Notes: a model not told the origin generated them from the sequence alone. A stretch of DNA of 64,000 nucleotides from Candidatus Aenigmatarchaeota archaeon (GCA_016185435.1 JACPNN010000005.1:22588-86587); one strand, 5' to 3'; shown: positions 39,485-49,002, numbered from the stretch's first letter. A program made the numbers and translations.

Positions 39485-39688
39485 ATGAAGGCTTTCTCAA
39501 AGGTGAAAACCGTTGGAGGCAGTCTCATGGTAAGGATACCCATGGAGCTTGCAAGAGAGGAAGGAATAACTTCTGGCCAGACTGTCGAGATAGATGTGAA
39601 GAAAATGAGGAAAAGCTACTTCGGCATTCTCAGGGGCATAGGAAGTTTCACAGAAGAAGATGAAAAAACAATGGATACGCATGACTAG
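39485..39688 (+). CDS. vapB: AbrB/SpoVT-type antitoxin (VapB)
   Basis: VKTVGGSLMVRIPMELAREEGITSGQTVEIDV is a swapped-hairpin AbrB/MazE fold. Confidence 0.65.
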   Translation: MKAFSKVKTVGGSLMVRIPMELAREEGITSGQTVEIDVKKMRKSYFGILRGIGSFTEEDEKTMDTHD

Positions 39689-40061
39689 ATATATAATTGA
39701 TGCATACGCTTGGATAGCTTACTTGGAGGGGGGCAACCCAAAAGCCAAGGACATAATAGAGACTAGGGAAAACGAACTTGTAACTCCGATTCTAGTCTAT
39801 GCTGAAGTTATAAGCAAAGTGCAGAGAAAGGGAATGGACTACAGAATTGCTTCTGAAGCCATACTCAGCAATTCAACAATCGCATATATTAATGTCGAAC
39901 TTGCTTCCAAGGCTGCCCTTTTCCATGCAGAAACAAGGCAGAAAGTCAGGGATTTTTCCTTGCCTGATGCATTCGTTCTTGCAACGGCCAGAGAACTCAA
40001 TGGCAGAATATTAACAGGCGATATGCATTTCAAGGACTTTAAAGAGGCTGTGATGATATAG
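39660..40061 (+). CDS. vapC: PIN-domain toxin VapC
   Basis: YIIDAYAWIAYLEG N-terminal PIN motif; overlaps the antitoxin. Confidence 0.75.
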   Translation: MKKQWIRMTRYIIDAYAWIAYLEGGNPKAKDIIETRENELVTPILVYAEVISKVQRKGMDYRIASEAILSNSTIAYINVELASKAALFHAETRQKVRDFSLPDAFVLATARELNGRILTGDMHFKDFKEAVMI

Positions 40062-40079
40062 GCTGATTTATGTGTTCTT

Positions 40080-40499
40080 TCATTTGGCTCTCTGGCTGAG
40101 ACTTCCAATGATATCATTAAATATTTTCTGTCCGACAGTGCCAATGAAGATCCAAATAGCAGATGTAATTGATCCCTCAATGAGCATAGCTATATAGCCT
40201 GAAGCATCGGCGACTAATGCAAAAAGACGTGCAACAAAGAAGACCAAGAGCTCCCAACTGATGGTATTTGCCACGGTTAGAGGATACAACACAGAAAGCA
40301 TGGCATCAATTATCGGATTGCAAGGAACAACATCTGGACAGCTTGCACCATAACCAAGGCTGTAAAAGAACATTCCATATGAAATAGTGCTGTAAAGAAA
40401 GCCAGCTATAGCATCAAATTTATTTTCTTTTAAGAAGCCGATAACAGTTTTCGTAAGCAATGGCATTTTATCCGTAGTAGGTGCAAGTAATTTTCCCAT
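40080..40499 (-). CDS. small membrane protein
   Basis: Three hydrophobic helices. Confidence 0.4.
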   Translation of the reverse strand: MGKLLAPTTDKMPLLTKTVIGFLKENKFDAIAGFLYSTISYGMFFYSLGYGASCPDVVPCNPIIDAMLSVLYPLTVANTISWELLVFFVARLFALVADASGYIAMLIEGSITSAIWIFIGTVGQKIFNDIIGSLSQRAK

Positions 40500-40773
40500 C
40501 TGGCAACGTAGCTTTCTTTATGATTTTGGTTACATTTTCAAGATTAACCCCGAATTTATCTGCAACGCTAACAACATCATTATCAAAGCGCCTTCGTTCA
40601 AGATAAGCCCTGCAATCATCAAAGCTGGTTAAATCATCTGTGCATGAGTCGCAATCAAGAGAGATAAACCTCTGAACCCTAAGGGGAAATTTAGAGCCGC
40701 TAAAGACAACAATAATGGCTACAGATAATAGGGCAGCAATTACCAGGAGCAGAAACATATAGTTTTTTTTCAT
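40468..40773 (-). CDS. small secreted Cys-containing protein
   Basis: Signal peptide MKKNYMFLLLVIAALLSVAIIVVF. Confidence 0.4.
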   Translation of the reverse strand: MKKNYMFLLLVIAALLSVAIIVVFSGSKFPLRVQRFISLDCDSCTDDLTSFDDCRAYLERRRFDNDVVSVADKFGVNLENVTKIIKKATLPDGKITCTYYG

Positions 40774-40857
40774 GATTTATTGTTGTTTGGCCAAGCATAA
40801 AAGTATATAAGAACCAAAAGAATCAGCTTTATTTAGCATAACAGTCTCTGAACCTTA

Positions 40858-41088
40858 TTTCCCCTTCCTCCGGAACCTCTCAAACACAGTCGACAAAACC
40901 TTTTATTGGTTTTATAAGCCCAAAAGGTTTTATCCAAAAACTGAGCCCTTCTACCGTCCTAATCCCTTCTGAAATCTCTGGAATACAGTCGACAGATCAA
41001 TCCTGTACTTGCCTTCGGCAAGCCTTATGACAAGCGGTTTCTGGGCGAACAGCTTGGTGACATCTATATTGTACTTGCCCGGTTTAAG
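40858..41088. repeat. long direct repeat copy 2 (overlaps the 3' end of the Zn-ribbon gene)
   Basis: See 39092..39384. Confidence 0.85.
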
Positions 41089-41355
41089 GACCCTGATGGC
41101 CTCGAGGTCCAGTATCACTGTTTCCTGGCCGGCCTCACTTTCCTCAGGCTCCTCCTCCTCCACTATCTCCCTTATGTCCTTCTCGATCGTTTCAATCTCC
41201 TGCTTGTTCAGCTTGAGCCTCTCCTGTTCCACAATCTCGATAAGGTCCTGCCTGACAAAGAAGAAGAACTTGCTGCCACATGAATCGCAGCCGTTAAGCA
41301 GATAAGGCGCATCATCAGGGTGTATCTTGCCGCACTTCGCGCATGTGTTGGGCAT
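40951..41355 (-). CDS. Zn-ribbon protein
   Basis: CAKCGK...CDSCGSK double CxxC. Confidence 0.5.
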   Translation of the reverse strand: MPNTCAKCGKIHPDDAPYLLNGCDSCGSKFFFFVRQDLIEIVEQERLKLNKQEIETIEKDIREIVEEEEPEESEAGQETVILDLEAIRVLKPGKYNIDVTKLFAQKPLVIRLAEGKYRIDLSTVFQRFQKGLGR

Positions 41356-41409
41356 ATTAAATATTGGGCAAAGGGAATATAAAGGGAAAACTGTTTCAGA
41401 ACTAAAACA

Positions 41410-41745
41410 CTAAACCTTCCTTTTTATCCCGATTTCCCCTTCACCCAAGAGCTCTATTTCCACTTTCTGACCTTCTTTGAAACCGATGCCTGCAGCTTCC
41501 TGCGGCAGTGTGACACCTATTGAATTGCCTATTCTCAATATCTTCCTGGTTGTTTTGATTTTCCTGGCCTCTTCCCTCAGCCTGAGCAGTTCTTTCGCTG
41601 TATCTAAAGGAAGCCCTGTATCTCCGCATTTTTCGCACACATTGGCGTTGATAAGGAAGCCCTCGATGAAAGCCTTCTGCACGTTGATTGTCCCTCCGCA
41701 CCTGCAGATGAGGCCTTTCCTCCTCAGATTTTTCATGTTTTCCAT
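41410..41745 (-). CDS. Zn-ribbon + AbrB/SpoVT-like domain protein (putative antitoxin/regulator)
   Basis: CRCGG...CEKCGD then ILRIGNSIGVTLPQEAAGIGFKEGQKVEIEL (swapped-hairpin). Confidence 0.5.
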   Translation of the reverse strand: MENMKNLRRKGLICRCGGTINVQKAFIEGFLINANVCEKCGDTGLPLDTAKELLRLREEARKIKTTRKILRIGNSIGVTLPQEAAGIGFKEGQKVEIELLGEGEIGIKRKV

Positions 41746-41746
41746 A

Positions 41747-42034
41747 TTATATCCTCCCTTCTTCCTTGATGATTGTAACTATTCTGATGAAATTTGGATG
41801 GAGACCGGCTATGACAGTGTATGTGGCGTTCTCCTTGCCGTAATAGAGCCTGAAGCATACATTCTGCCTTTTCTCATCGGATTTTTCAGGCACAGGCCTG
41901 CCCCTTCTTATGGTTTCCTCAGCCATGTCAATGTCAGCCGGTGTCAGGTTTTTATGCTTCAAGGCATGCAGACTGATGTCGATATACACTGTCTGCCTGT
42001 CATACCTCTGCAAGGCCTCCGGTATCCAATCCAT
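41747..42034 (-). CDS. small hypothetical protein, possible toxin partner
   Basis: Immediately upstream of and co-directional with the AbrB-like gene (1-nt gap). Confidence 0.35.
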   Translation of the reverse strand: MDWIPEALQRYDRQTVYIDISLHALKHKNLTPADIDMAEETIRRGRPVPEKSDEKRQNVCFRLYYGKENATYTVIAGLHPNFIRIVTIIKEEGRI

Positions 42035-42106
42035 TCCAATAATAATTGTGTTATAACAATATAAAGCTTTTGTTATAACAAAATCAGCACAAAAGAAGGA
42101 TAAAAA

Positions 42107-43603
42107 TCAGCTTTCAGGCACAGGGTCCACTATCCACCAGAGCTCGTTGCCCAGCCTTGCGCCATAGGCTATTTTTCTGTCGTCTGAACTGAAGACAGGA
42201 TCTCCAATCCAATCATATGGTCTGCCCTCATTGTGGCCGACGACAACTAGCCATTTATCTTCTTTTTTGGCTTTATATGCAACAATTCTGTCATCATGAC
42301 TGAAAATAGGATAACTCACTTCATCATATGGTTTGCTTTCTTTGTTTCCAATCACTACGAATTGCTTTCTCCCCTGTTTTACACTGTAAGCTATTGTATC
42401 TCCATCATGACTGTACACAGGAAAAGATACCTCATCATATATTCCTTCATACTGTTTACCCTCTATACCATCAAAGACTATAAACATTTTTCCTGCTCTC
42501 CCTGCTTTATAAGCAAGTTTCTGACCTTTTGGGCCAAACTCAAAATCCCATATAAGATCATATGGTTCACTTTCTTTGCTCTCAACTACTATTATCGAAC
42601 TGCCGTTCTTGCTAGCTGCATAAGCCACTTTTTTGCTGTCAGCACTGAAGACAGGATCTGATACCCAATCATATCGTTTCTCTTCTTTTTCTCCTATGAC
42701 TACAAATCCTGCTTCTTCTTCCCTAAAATTGTTTTGCCTTTGACGAACCATATAGGCAACATGACGGCTGTCCGGGCTGAAGACAGGCCATGATACAGAA
42801 TCATAGGGTTTGCCTTCTTTTCCTTCAACGACAATGAACCCCTTCTCCCCTTCTGCAGCCTGATAAGCAATTTTTTTGCCGTCTGGGCTGAATACTGGGT
42901 TTACAACCCAACGATAATTCTTGCCTTCCTTCCCCCCAACGACTACAAACTGATTGCCTCCTTTGCTTGCCACAAAGGCCAGTTTGTTGTCCTTGCTGGA
43001 AACAACTTGTGACACATAATCATATAAGTTTCCCTCATTTTCCTCTGTTACAACACGCCACTTACCTCCCTCCTCTGCGATATAAGCCATTTTTTGTCCA
43101 TCTGAGATGAATAGGCGATAGAAGGGGGCCACTATGAAATCATATGGCTTCCCTTCTTTGGATCCCGTAATCACAAATGACTTATTGCCTCTAAAAGCTC
43201 TATATACTATTTGCCCGGCCGGGCTGAATACCAAACTGTCTACCATATTGTAAATGTTGCCTTCCCTATTCCCTACAACAACAAACCATTCCCCGCTCTT
43301 ATTCACACTATAAGCTACCTCCCTACCATCAGGGCTAAAAACAAGTTTGGTTAAGTTATATCCATAGGGAATAGTAGCCAGCTTCGTTGTCTTCAGATTA
43401 AGATCCAATATCAGCTGTTGTCGGTTTTCTGGATTTGCAGCACTCTCCGGAGATGCAGCTTGGTCGTCTGAGCCTTGGTCTCCAGAAGACCTGAATTCAG
43501 AGGGAATTATATAGCTTCCTGCAACCAAAACCGCTATCAATAAAATAACTGCTAGTACACTTTTGCTTTCCATTTTGACTATTTGTCCGCTTCTGCTAAT
43601 CAA
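42107..43603 (-). CDS. secreted PD40/TolB-like beta-propeller repeat protein
   Basis: Signal-anchor, then >8 repeats of FSPDG(K/R)xIAY (PD40 motif). Confidence 0.8.
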   Translation of the reverse strand: MISRSGQIVKMESKSVLAVILLIAVLVAGSYIIPSEFRSSGDQGSDDQAASPESAANPENRQQLILDLNLKTTKLATIPYGYNLTKLVFSPDGREVAYSVNKSGEWFVVVGNREGNIYNMVDSLVFSPAGQIVYRAFRGNKSFVITGSKEGKPYDFIVAPFYRLFISDGQKMAYIAEEGGKWRVVTEENEGNLYDYVSQVVSSKDNKLAFVASKGGNQFVVVGGKEGKNYRWVVNPVFSPDGKKIAYQAAEGEKGFIVVEGKEGKPYDSVSWPVFSPDSRHVAYMVRQRQNNFREEEAGFVVIGEKEEKRYDWVSDPVFSADSKKVAYAASKNGSSIIVVESKESEPYDLIWDFEFGPKGQKLAYKAGRAGKMFIVFDGIEGKQYEGIYDEVSFPVYSHDGDTIAYSVKQGRKQFVVIGNKESKPYDEVSYPIFSHDDRIVAYKAKKEDKWLVVVGHNEGRPYDWIGDPVFSSDDRKIAYGARLGNELWWIVDPVPES

Positions 43604-43962
43604 GCGCTCATCTCCAAAAACAACGCCTTCGGCTGCCTCTTTATCCTCTTGATGAGCTTGGCCGGGCCAATCACTGTCATGCCCCTTTTCCTGCCCACCA
43701 CGGTCTCGACAACCCTGTTCCTTATCCTGGCCAGTATGCCAGCCTCCTCTGCCGGAGTGAACTCCATGCTGCCCAGCTCTATGCCCTTGAACTTGTCTGA
43801 AATCTTTTTCATGGTTTCCTCTATCAGCTCTGTCTCCTGCTCTGCAGAAAGCTTGGCGTCTATCATGATTATCGTGTCCTTCTCTATCTCATCCAATATA
43901 TGCTCCACCTTCTTCTCTTCCACCTTCTCGTAAGGGATGAATTTTATCCTGAGCTTTGTCAT
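43600..43962 (-). CDS. small conserved archaeal protein (GTPase-associated; DUF2073-like guess)
   Basis: Translationally coupled (overlap) with the upstream GTPase gene. Confidence 0.4.
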   Translation of the reverse strand: MTKLRIKFIPYEKVEEKKVEHILDEIEKDTIIMIDAKLSAEQETELIEETMKKISDKFKGIELGSMEFTPAEEAGILARIRNRVVETVVGRKRGMTVIGPAKLIKRIKRQPKALFLEMSA

Positions 43963-43984
43963 ATTCTGCCTCCATCAGATCCTT

Positions 43985-44629
43985 TCATTTTTTGACCTCC
44001 AGCATGGTCTTGTACAGTTCCTTCATATTGTAGCCTGTCTTGGCCGAGACCCCTATTACAGGATACTGGGGGAAGGCCGATCTGATCCTGTAGGCCTTGG
44101 AGCTCTTGACATCCAGCTTGTTGGCCACTATGATGACGGGCTTGCCCCTCGCCTCGAGATTGCCCAGTATGGTGACATTCACCTGGTCCACGGGCTCCTT
44201 TGTCGAGTCCATGATGACAAGAACAAGGTCCATCTTGTCCAGCCACTTTATGGCCTCTATCACGCCCTTTGTCGCTTCTTTCGCCCTTTTCCTTGCGGCC
44301 TGCTTGCTCATGCCGAACTTCAGGAAATCCTCAAAATCAATCTTGGTGGCTATGCCTGGGGTGTCGATCAGGTTGAAAACGAGCTTCTTCCCGTCCTGCT
44401 TCATCTCCACATGCTCCTTCATCTGTATTTCTCTGGTCTCATGGGGTATGGCAGAAACCTTCCCCAGCTCCTCCCCAAGCCAGTCCAGGCAGATGGTATT
44501 GGCAAGCGTTGTCTTGCCCGCATTGACAGGGCCGTACACACCTATCTTCATCAGTTTCCTCTTGCCGAAGAATGAGCCAATGATATCCGCCAGCCTGCCA
44601 TGGAGCCTCTGAAGATGCCTTAGAACCAT
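43985..44629 (-). CDS. small GTP-binding protein
   Basis: G1 GPVNAGKTT, G3 DTPG, G4 NKLD. Confidence 0.75.
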   Translation of the reverse strand: MVLRHLQRLHGRLADIIGSFFGKRKLMKIGVYGPVNAGKTTLANTICLDWLGEELGKVSAIPHETREIQMKEHVEMKQDGKKLVFNLIDTPGIATKIDFEDFLKFGMSKQAARKRAKEATKGVIEAIKWLDKMDLVLVIMDSTKEPVDQVNVTILGNLEARGKPVIIVANKLDVKSSKAYRIRSAFPQYPVIGVSAKTGYNMKELYKTMLEVKK

Positions 44630-44685
44630 TAGTTTATTTAGGCCGAATCCATTTATTAAGCTGAGTCAAGGAAAATATATATTGA

Positions 44686-44900
44686 GGGGTCATGAGGTTA
44701 ATGGCAACCTGGCGGGCTCCAGGCCAGCCTTTCTTTCTCGAAAGAAAGGCTAGGTTACCCAAAGAAAGGAAATACAGATGTTATGCTCGGGAGCATTGAG
44801 CCGACGAGGGAGCTGCCATATGCGGCGAGCATGATGACAGATACCCAAGGCTGTGAAAGGAAGACACCCGTACATGGGAGTTCGAATCTCCCTGACCCCA
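44686..44900 (+). tRNA. tRNA-Trp(CCA) with a 143-nt intron at 37/38 (44723..44865)
   Basis: Acceptor ggggtca/tgacccc, D-stem aggt/acct, anticodon stem gcggg/cccgt with loop ctCCAg|a, T-arm gggag-ttcgaat-ctccc. The intron contains the palindrome cctttctttctcgaaagaaagg and an ATGATGA (box C-like) motif. Confidence 0.65.
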
Positions 44901-45048
44901 TTGCGCACCCCTTTCTTTTAGAAAAAGAAAGGGTACCGCCCTATCCAAAGAAAACCAATTACCTCCACTGAACTTGACATTTCCTGCTCGATATCGGTAA
45001 TTCCTTTTTCTGGATAACCTACCCTCTTTTTTGGAAAAAGAGGGTGGT

Positions 45049-45082
45049 GTACATGGGAGTTCGAATCTCCCTGACCCCATTC
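45049..45082 (+). pseudogene. orphan duplicate of the tRNA-Trp 3' half (34 nt identical to 44870..44903), preceded by an intron-type palindrome
   Basis: gtacatgggagttcgaatctccctgaccccatt repeated. A third partial copy (tctccccattgcgca) lies at 45146..45158. Confidence 0.7.
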
Positions 45083-45573
45083 CCAGAAGGGAGGTATCCC
45101 TTCTATGGTTTACTTCCCTCTGAATACTAATATCAATCTTGATCTCCCCATTGCGCATTCCCTACGCAGAGGGAAGGTATTCCCTCTACCGTCCTACTCC
45201 CTTCAGATTACAAGTATCGCCACCTGTAATCCCTTTCTTTGCCGAACGGGCTTTCTTTTGGAAAGAAAGCCTGTAAAGGTCTACCGCTCTACCCCCAAAA
45301 GAAAAGGCAATACTAATCAGAGAGGTGTAGTATAGGCTTTTCTTCCAGAGAAAAGCCAATTGGAGACAGAAGCATATCAGTGGATATGCTTCATAACCAA
45401 ACGGGCAAAAGAAGGATATACCAATGATAAGCATATCCTTCAGTTGCTGGGGGCTGATAACACTTGGCCAGCCTGTGACAGTGAAGTAAAGACTTCAAAA
45501 AAGTTGGCTGACCAAGTGAAGGGCCCGCAGAGGCCCTTATTGGGATACCTCCCCTCTAGGGAAAGAAAGGCAG

Positions 45574-46032
45574 TTATACTTTCTTCCGCTTCTTGAAATC
45601 TTGCCACAGGAGGCTGAGTTTTGCCTCAATTCTGCCCAGCTCTATCAGAACAGCCCCTGTAAGCAATGTATCCAGGCTGATGTCGGCAGGAGAATGTATC
45701 ACGCCCAAAGCCTTGAGCAATACGACTGCAACAACTGTGCCTATAATGCCCCATGCCAGTATCCTGAGCGCAAAGTCAACCTTATCAGATACCATTCAGC
45801 CCCTTTCCATCCTGTCAAAGGCAAACGCAGCAGAAAGGCCTGCTGCAAAGCCTGCTGCAATGCTCGGCAGCAACTCAAATCCCGCGATGACCATAGCAAC
45901 TGCCACAAGCACGAATACGGCCGCACCCGCAAGAAAATTCTTGTCATCCTTGGACACCATAAATAATAATATTCGATCAAGCCATAAAAATCTTTTTCGG
46001 AAAAGACTTAACAAAAGCAGTACAGACTGCAA
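45574..46032 (-). CDS. two small hydrophobic proteins (73 aa and 78 aa) adjacent to the pilus locus
   Basis: ORFs 45574..45795 and 45796..46032, each with predicted TM helices. Confidence 0.35.
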
Positions 46033-46043
46033 GAATCCTGTCT

Positions 46044-46448
46044 TTAGCTGTAGCTTATCTGCACCACATTGTCAAAGGCCTCCACAGACACCTTATAAGT
46101 GCCTTCCCTCGTCGGCAGGCTGCCGTTAAGGGGGGAAATTGATGTTTCAGAGAAGTTAGAGATGCTTTGGCCTGTCCTTAGGGCCACAATAATATTTCTG
46201 CCATTGATACTGATGTTTTCCACCCCCTTCGGTATATATACATCCATCCTTATTTTGGCAGGCTTCCCCTGCGAGAAAACAGAATCAGCGGCTTTTGCCA
46301 GCCTTGAGACAGCTGATTCGGCATACGACTGGGTAAGCTCAGCGGCAGTGCTGGCCTGCAAGGTGCTGACATAGTACCAGACAGGTATAAGGAAAGCCAG
46401 AACCAATGCCACAATGGCCAGCATCTCAGTGGCTGCCTGCCCTTTCAT
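46044..46448 (-). CDS. class III signal peptide (type IV pilin-like) protein
   Basis: N-terminal MKGQAATEMLAIVALVLAFLIP matches the archaeal prepilin pattern. Confidence 0.55.
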   Translation of the reverse strand: MKGQAATEMLAIVALVLAFLIPVWYYVSTLQASTAAELTQSYAESAVSRLAKAADSVFSQGKPAKIRMDVYIPKGVENISINGRNIIVALRTGQSISNFSETSISPLNGSLPTREGTYKVSVEAFDNVVQISYS

Positions 46449-46542
46449 ATTAAATATTGCAGTCTGCCAAATAAATGGATGAAAAACAAAAGAAAAAGAT
46501 GAAGGTAAAAATAAAAAGAAAGTCTGGCCCAGTCCAATACTT

Positions 46543-47010
46543 TTAACTTACCGTGCCAGTCAGTGTACCTGATGATACGAAGCCACTCAAGCCTGTGTCA
46601 AGATTGTTGTATGTCACTGTCACATTGGCCGAATAGCCTGCTCCTGAAGTCCTTGTGCCGCAGCCAGTGAATGTCGCTGTGTAAAGGCCATTTGTTGGCA
46701 GATTGCCGCTTGCTCCGCTGGTCATGGTGCATGTTGTCGTTCCTACAGTCGCTCCAACAGTGGTTACATTGATGGGTGCTCCAGCGCTATTTCTTAGCTG
46801 GATAGTCAATGCGCCTGCAGCAGTCAGTTGCCACCCTCCCGCCGGAATCTCAAATGCCGACAGTCCTGCCTTTGTCGTTGGTGCCACATTTGTCGGGTTG
46901 AAGACACCGAGGGCCCACAGCGCTGCAGCCACTATTATCACTATCAGGATGGCCCATCCGTAGGTCATCAGGTATTCCATCGCTGCTTGTCCTTTAAGCT
47001 GTTTTCCCAT
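46543..47010 (-). CDS. archaeal type IV pilin
   Basis: MGKQLKGQAAMEYLMTYGWAILIVIIVAAALWALG is a canonical class III signal peptide, with a Thr/Gly-rich body. Confidence 0.75.
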   Translation of the reverse strand: MGKQLKGQAAMEYLMTYGWAILIVIIVAAALWALGVFNPTNVAPTTKAGLSAFEIPAGGWQLTAAGALTIQLRNSAGAPINVTTVGATVGTTTCTMTSGASGNLPTNGLYTATFTGCGTRTSGAGYSANVTVTYNNLDTGLSGFVSSGTLTGTVS

Positions 47011-47159
47011 ATACCTCTTATTATTATATGTCGGGCCTCCCTTATAAACTTTGGCCGCCGCTTTCCATCATGCATATGACTCCAGCATATCGGTTAACTT
47101 TTTTATTTTGTGAAATTCTCATATTTTCTTACTTCACGATAAGGAATAGAATAAATATC

Positions 47160-48110
47160 TCAGCCGGTGCCAAGGAAGGTGTTGAATATGGACTGTATCA
47201 TGGAGCCTGTGATGAAATAGACTGCAAGGGAGGCTATCACAAGGAAAGGTATATACTTTATTCCCCCACTCTCCTTTCCTGTCGAAATCAGGCCTATTAT
47301 GAGGCTGCCGAAGATCGCTGTGACAAGCATGGCGGCTATCGAGAACTGGAACATGAACTCCTGGCTGATGGCCGTCTTCCCGAAGCCTGCAAACTTGATT
47401 TTAGATACGGAAACATCAGGCAGGTCCACAGAACCGAAGCTTGACAGGGTATTGACAAGGAAGGCAGACATTGAATAGAGCATGGGCGCTCCAATAGCTC
47501 CTGCAAAGAAGATGAAGAAGATGTACATCGCAATATTGGCCCCCATCTCCTTCTTTATAACCTGCATCCTCCTCAAGTCAGCTGCATTCTCCTCAAGGAG
47601 GTTGGCAAACTTGCCCCCGGAGGAAATCCCCTCTATTATCAGCTTTATGGTCCTTTCAAAGGCCCCTGACCTCACATATCTTGTCATCCCCTTCAAAGCC
47701 TCTTCGAGCGGCATGCCTGTCATGACGTCCTTCCCTGCATGCTGTATGGCCTCTGAAAGGGGGCCGAATTCGGGCCTGGCTGACATTATGAATGCCCTGG
47801 ACGGGATGTATCCGGCCCTGCTGTTGCTCGCCATCAGCTGGAGGGCATCAGGCAATATGTTCTCCAGAAAGCCTGTCCTCCTTTCAACGGCAAGGACAAC
47901 AAACCCGTGGAAGAGCAGGAGGCTGCCGATGAAGACAGCGGCCCATACAAGCGAAAAATACTGCCCTGTCAGCAGGGCTGCCACAAAGCCCAGGGCAAAG
48001 GAGAGCGCAAAGGAATAGTTTGTAAACATTTCAGGGGAGCGCCTGATACCTGCCAGTGTAAACCACTCCCCCACCTTCCTTTTGTACGCATCAGGCATCA
48101 GTCTGTACAT
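47160..48110 (-). CDS. type IV pilus/archaellum assembly membrane protein (TadC/FlaJ-like half)
   Basis: T2SSF-like domain between TM helices. Confidence 0.7.
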   Translation of the reverse strand: MYRLMPDAYKRKVGEWFTLAGIRRSPEMFTNYSFALSFALGFVAALLTGQYFSLVWAAVFIGSLLLFHGFVVLAVERRTGFLENILPDALQLMASNSRAGYIPSRAFIMSARPEFGPLSEAIQHAGKDVMTGMPLEEALKGMTRYVRSGAFERTIKLIIEGISSGGKFANLLEENAADLRRMQVIKKEMGANIAMYIFFIFFAGAIGAPMLYSMSAFLVNTLSSFGSVDLPDVSVSKIKFAGFGKTAISQEFMFQFSIAAMLVTAIFGSLIIGLISTGKESGGIKYIPFLVIASLAVYFITGSMIQSIFNTFLGTG

Positions 48111-48117
48111 GCCTCCC

Positions 48118-49002
48118 CTATAGCCCCACAGGCCTCTTGCTCTTTATTATCCCGATGAAAATGAACTGGAAGAGGATAAGGAAGCCAATGACCATCATCA
48201 GCACGAACTGGATGTTTATGACATTGCCAACAAAGCCCGTCATTATGAGAAGAAAGACTATGCCAAGGGTGGGGAAAATGACCACAAGCAGCATGTACAT
48301 CAGGGCCAGCGGGTTGAGCTGGCTGCCGTACTTCTTTATCTCAGCCTTCTGGTCAACTATGATGCTGTCGACTATTTCATTCAAGGTCACGCCGATGTCA
48401 GACCCTGTCTTCAGCGCATTAAGCAGCTGCCACATCACGCGCCTGAAGTAGAGGGAGGGATTGGATCTGGTAAGCCTTTCCAGGGCCTCAATCTCTGACA
48501 TGCCTGTGTTTATCTGCTTTACAGCCTTCCTGAACTCGGCCGACAGCACGCCATAGTCGGCCATGGATATGGAGACCATGGAGTTGTAGAGAGGCATGCC
48601 GCCCCTTACCTGTATCAGCAGATGCCTCATCGCATAAGGCAGGTTATCCTCCAGGGCCTTCACCTTCCTTGCAACAAGCAGCTTCGGATAGAATAGTATG
48701 TATAAGGAGGCAAGAAGACCAGCAAATATACCTGTGCCAAGGGCGACAAGTATGGCCCTTATGACCTCAACCTTTGCTATCAGGGAGACCAGAAATACGC
48801 CTCCTGCGGCCATAGTAAAGAGGTTGGTGAACGCCAATATGGCAAAAGCCACCCATTCCTTTGCCGAAGAAGCGAATTCTGCCTGCTGCAGCTTCATCTC
48901 AAGCTCAGGGAAGAACCTGCTGACTGTCTCCGCTGCCGGCAGGTAATGCCTTGAGACTTTTTTCATCCTCTCCGACATCGCAAAAGGTTTCGCAGGCATC
49001 AC
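48118..49002 (-). CDS. type IV pilus assembly membrane protein (TadB/FlaJ-like half)
   Basis: T2SSF-like domain; adjacent to the TadC-like gene (split FlaJ arrangement). Confidence 0.7.
   Translation of the reverse strand: MMPAKPFAMSERMKKVSRHYLPAAETVSRFFPELEMKLQQAEFASSAKEWVAFAILAFTNLFTMAAGGVFLVSLIAKVEVIRAILVALGTGIFAGLLASLYILFYPKLLVARKVKALEDNLPYAMRHLLIQVRGGMPLYNSMVSISMADYGVLSAEFRKAVKQINTGMSEIEALERLTRSNPSLYFRRVMWQLLNALKTGSDIGVTLNEIVDSIIVDQKAEIKKYGSQLNPLALMYMLLVVIFPTLGIVFLLIMTGFVGNVINIQFVLMMVIGFLILFQFIFIGIIKSKRPVGL

Noticed and set aside
44723-44865. Box C/D sRNA inside the tRNA-Trp intron (ATGATGA present), as known for some euryarchaeal pre-tRNA-Trp.
   Set aside because: No convincing box D/D' (CTGA) with proper spacing, nor guide complementarity to the exons. 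Kept only as a low-confidence remark in findings.
45237-45300. Possible minus-strand tRNA next to the antisense copy of a T-loop-intron-type module (ggctttctttccaaaagaaagcccgttcggcaaagaaa).
   Set aside because: The flanking sequence (gggggtagagcggtagacctttacag) lacks a complete D-arm/anticodon-arm/T-arm set. No cloverleaf could be assembled.
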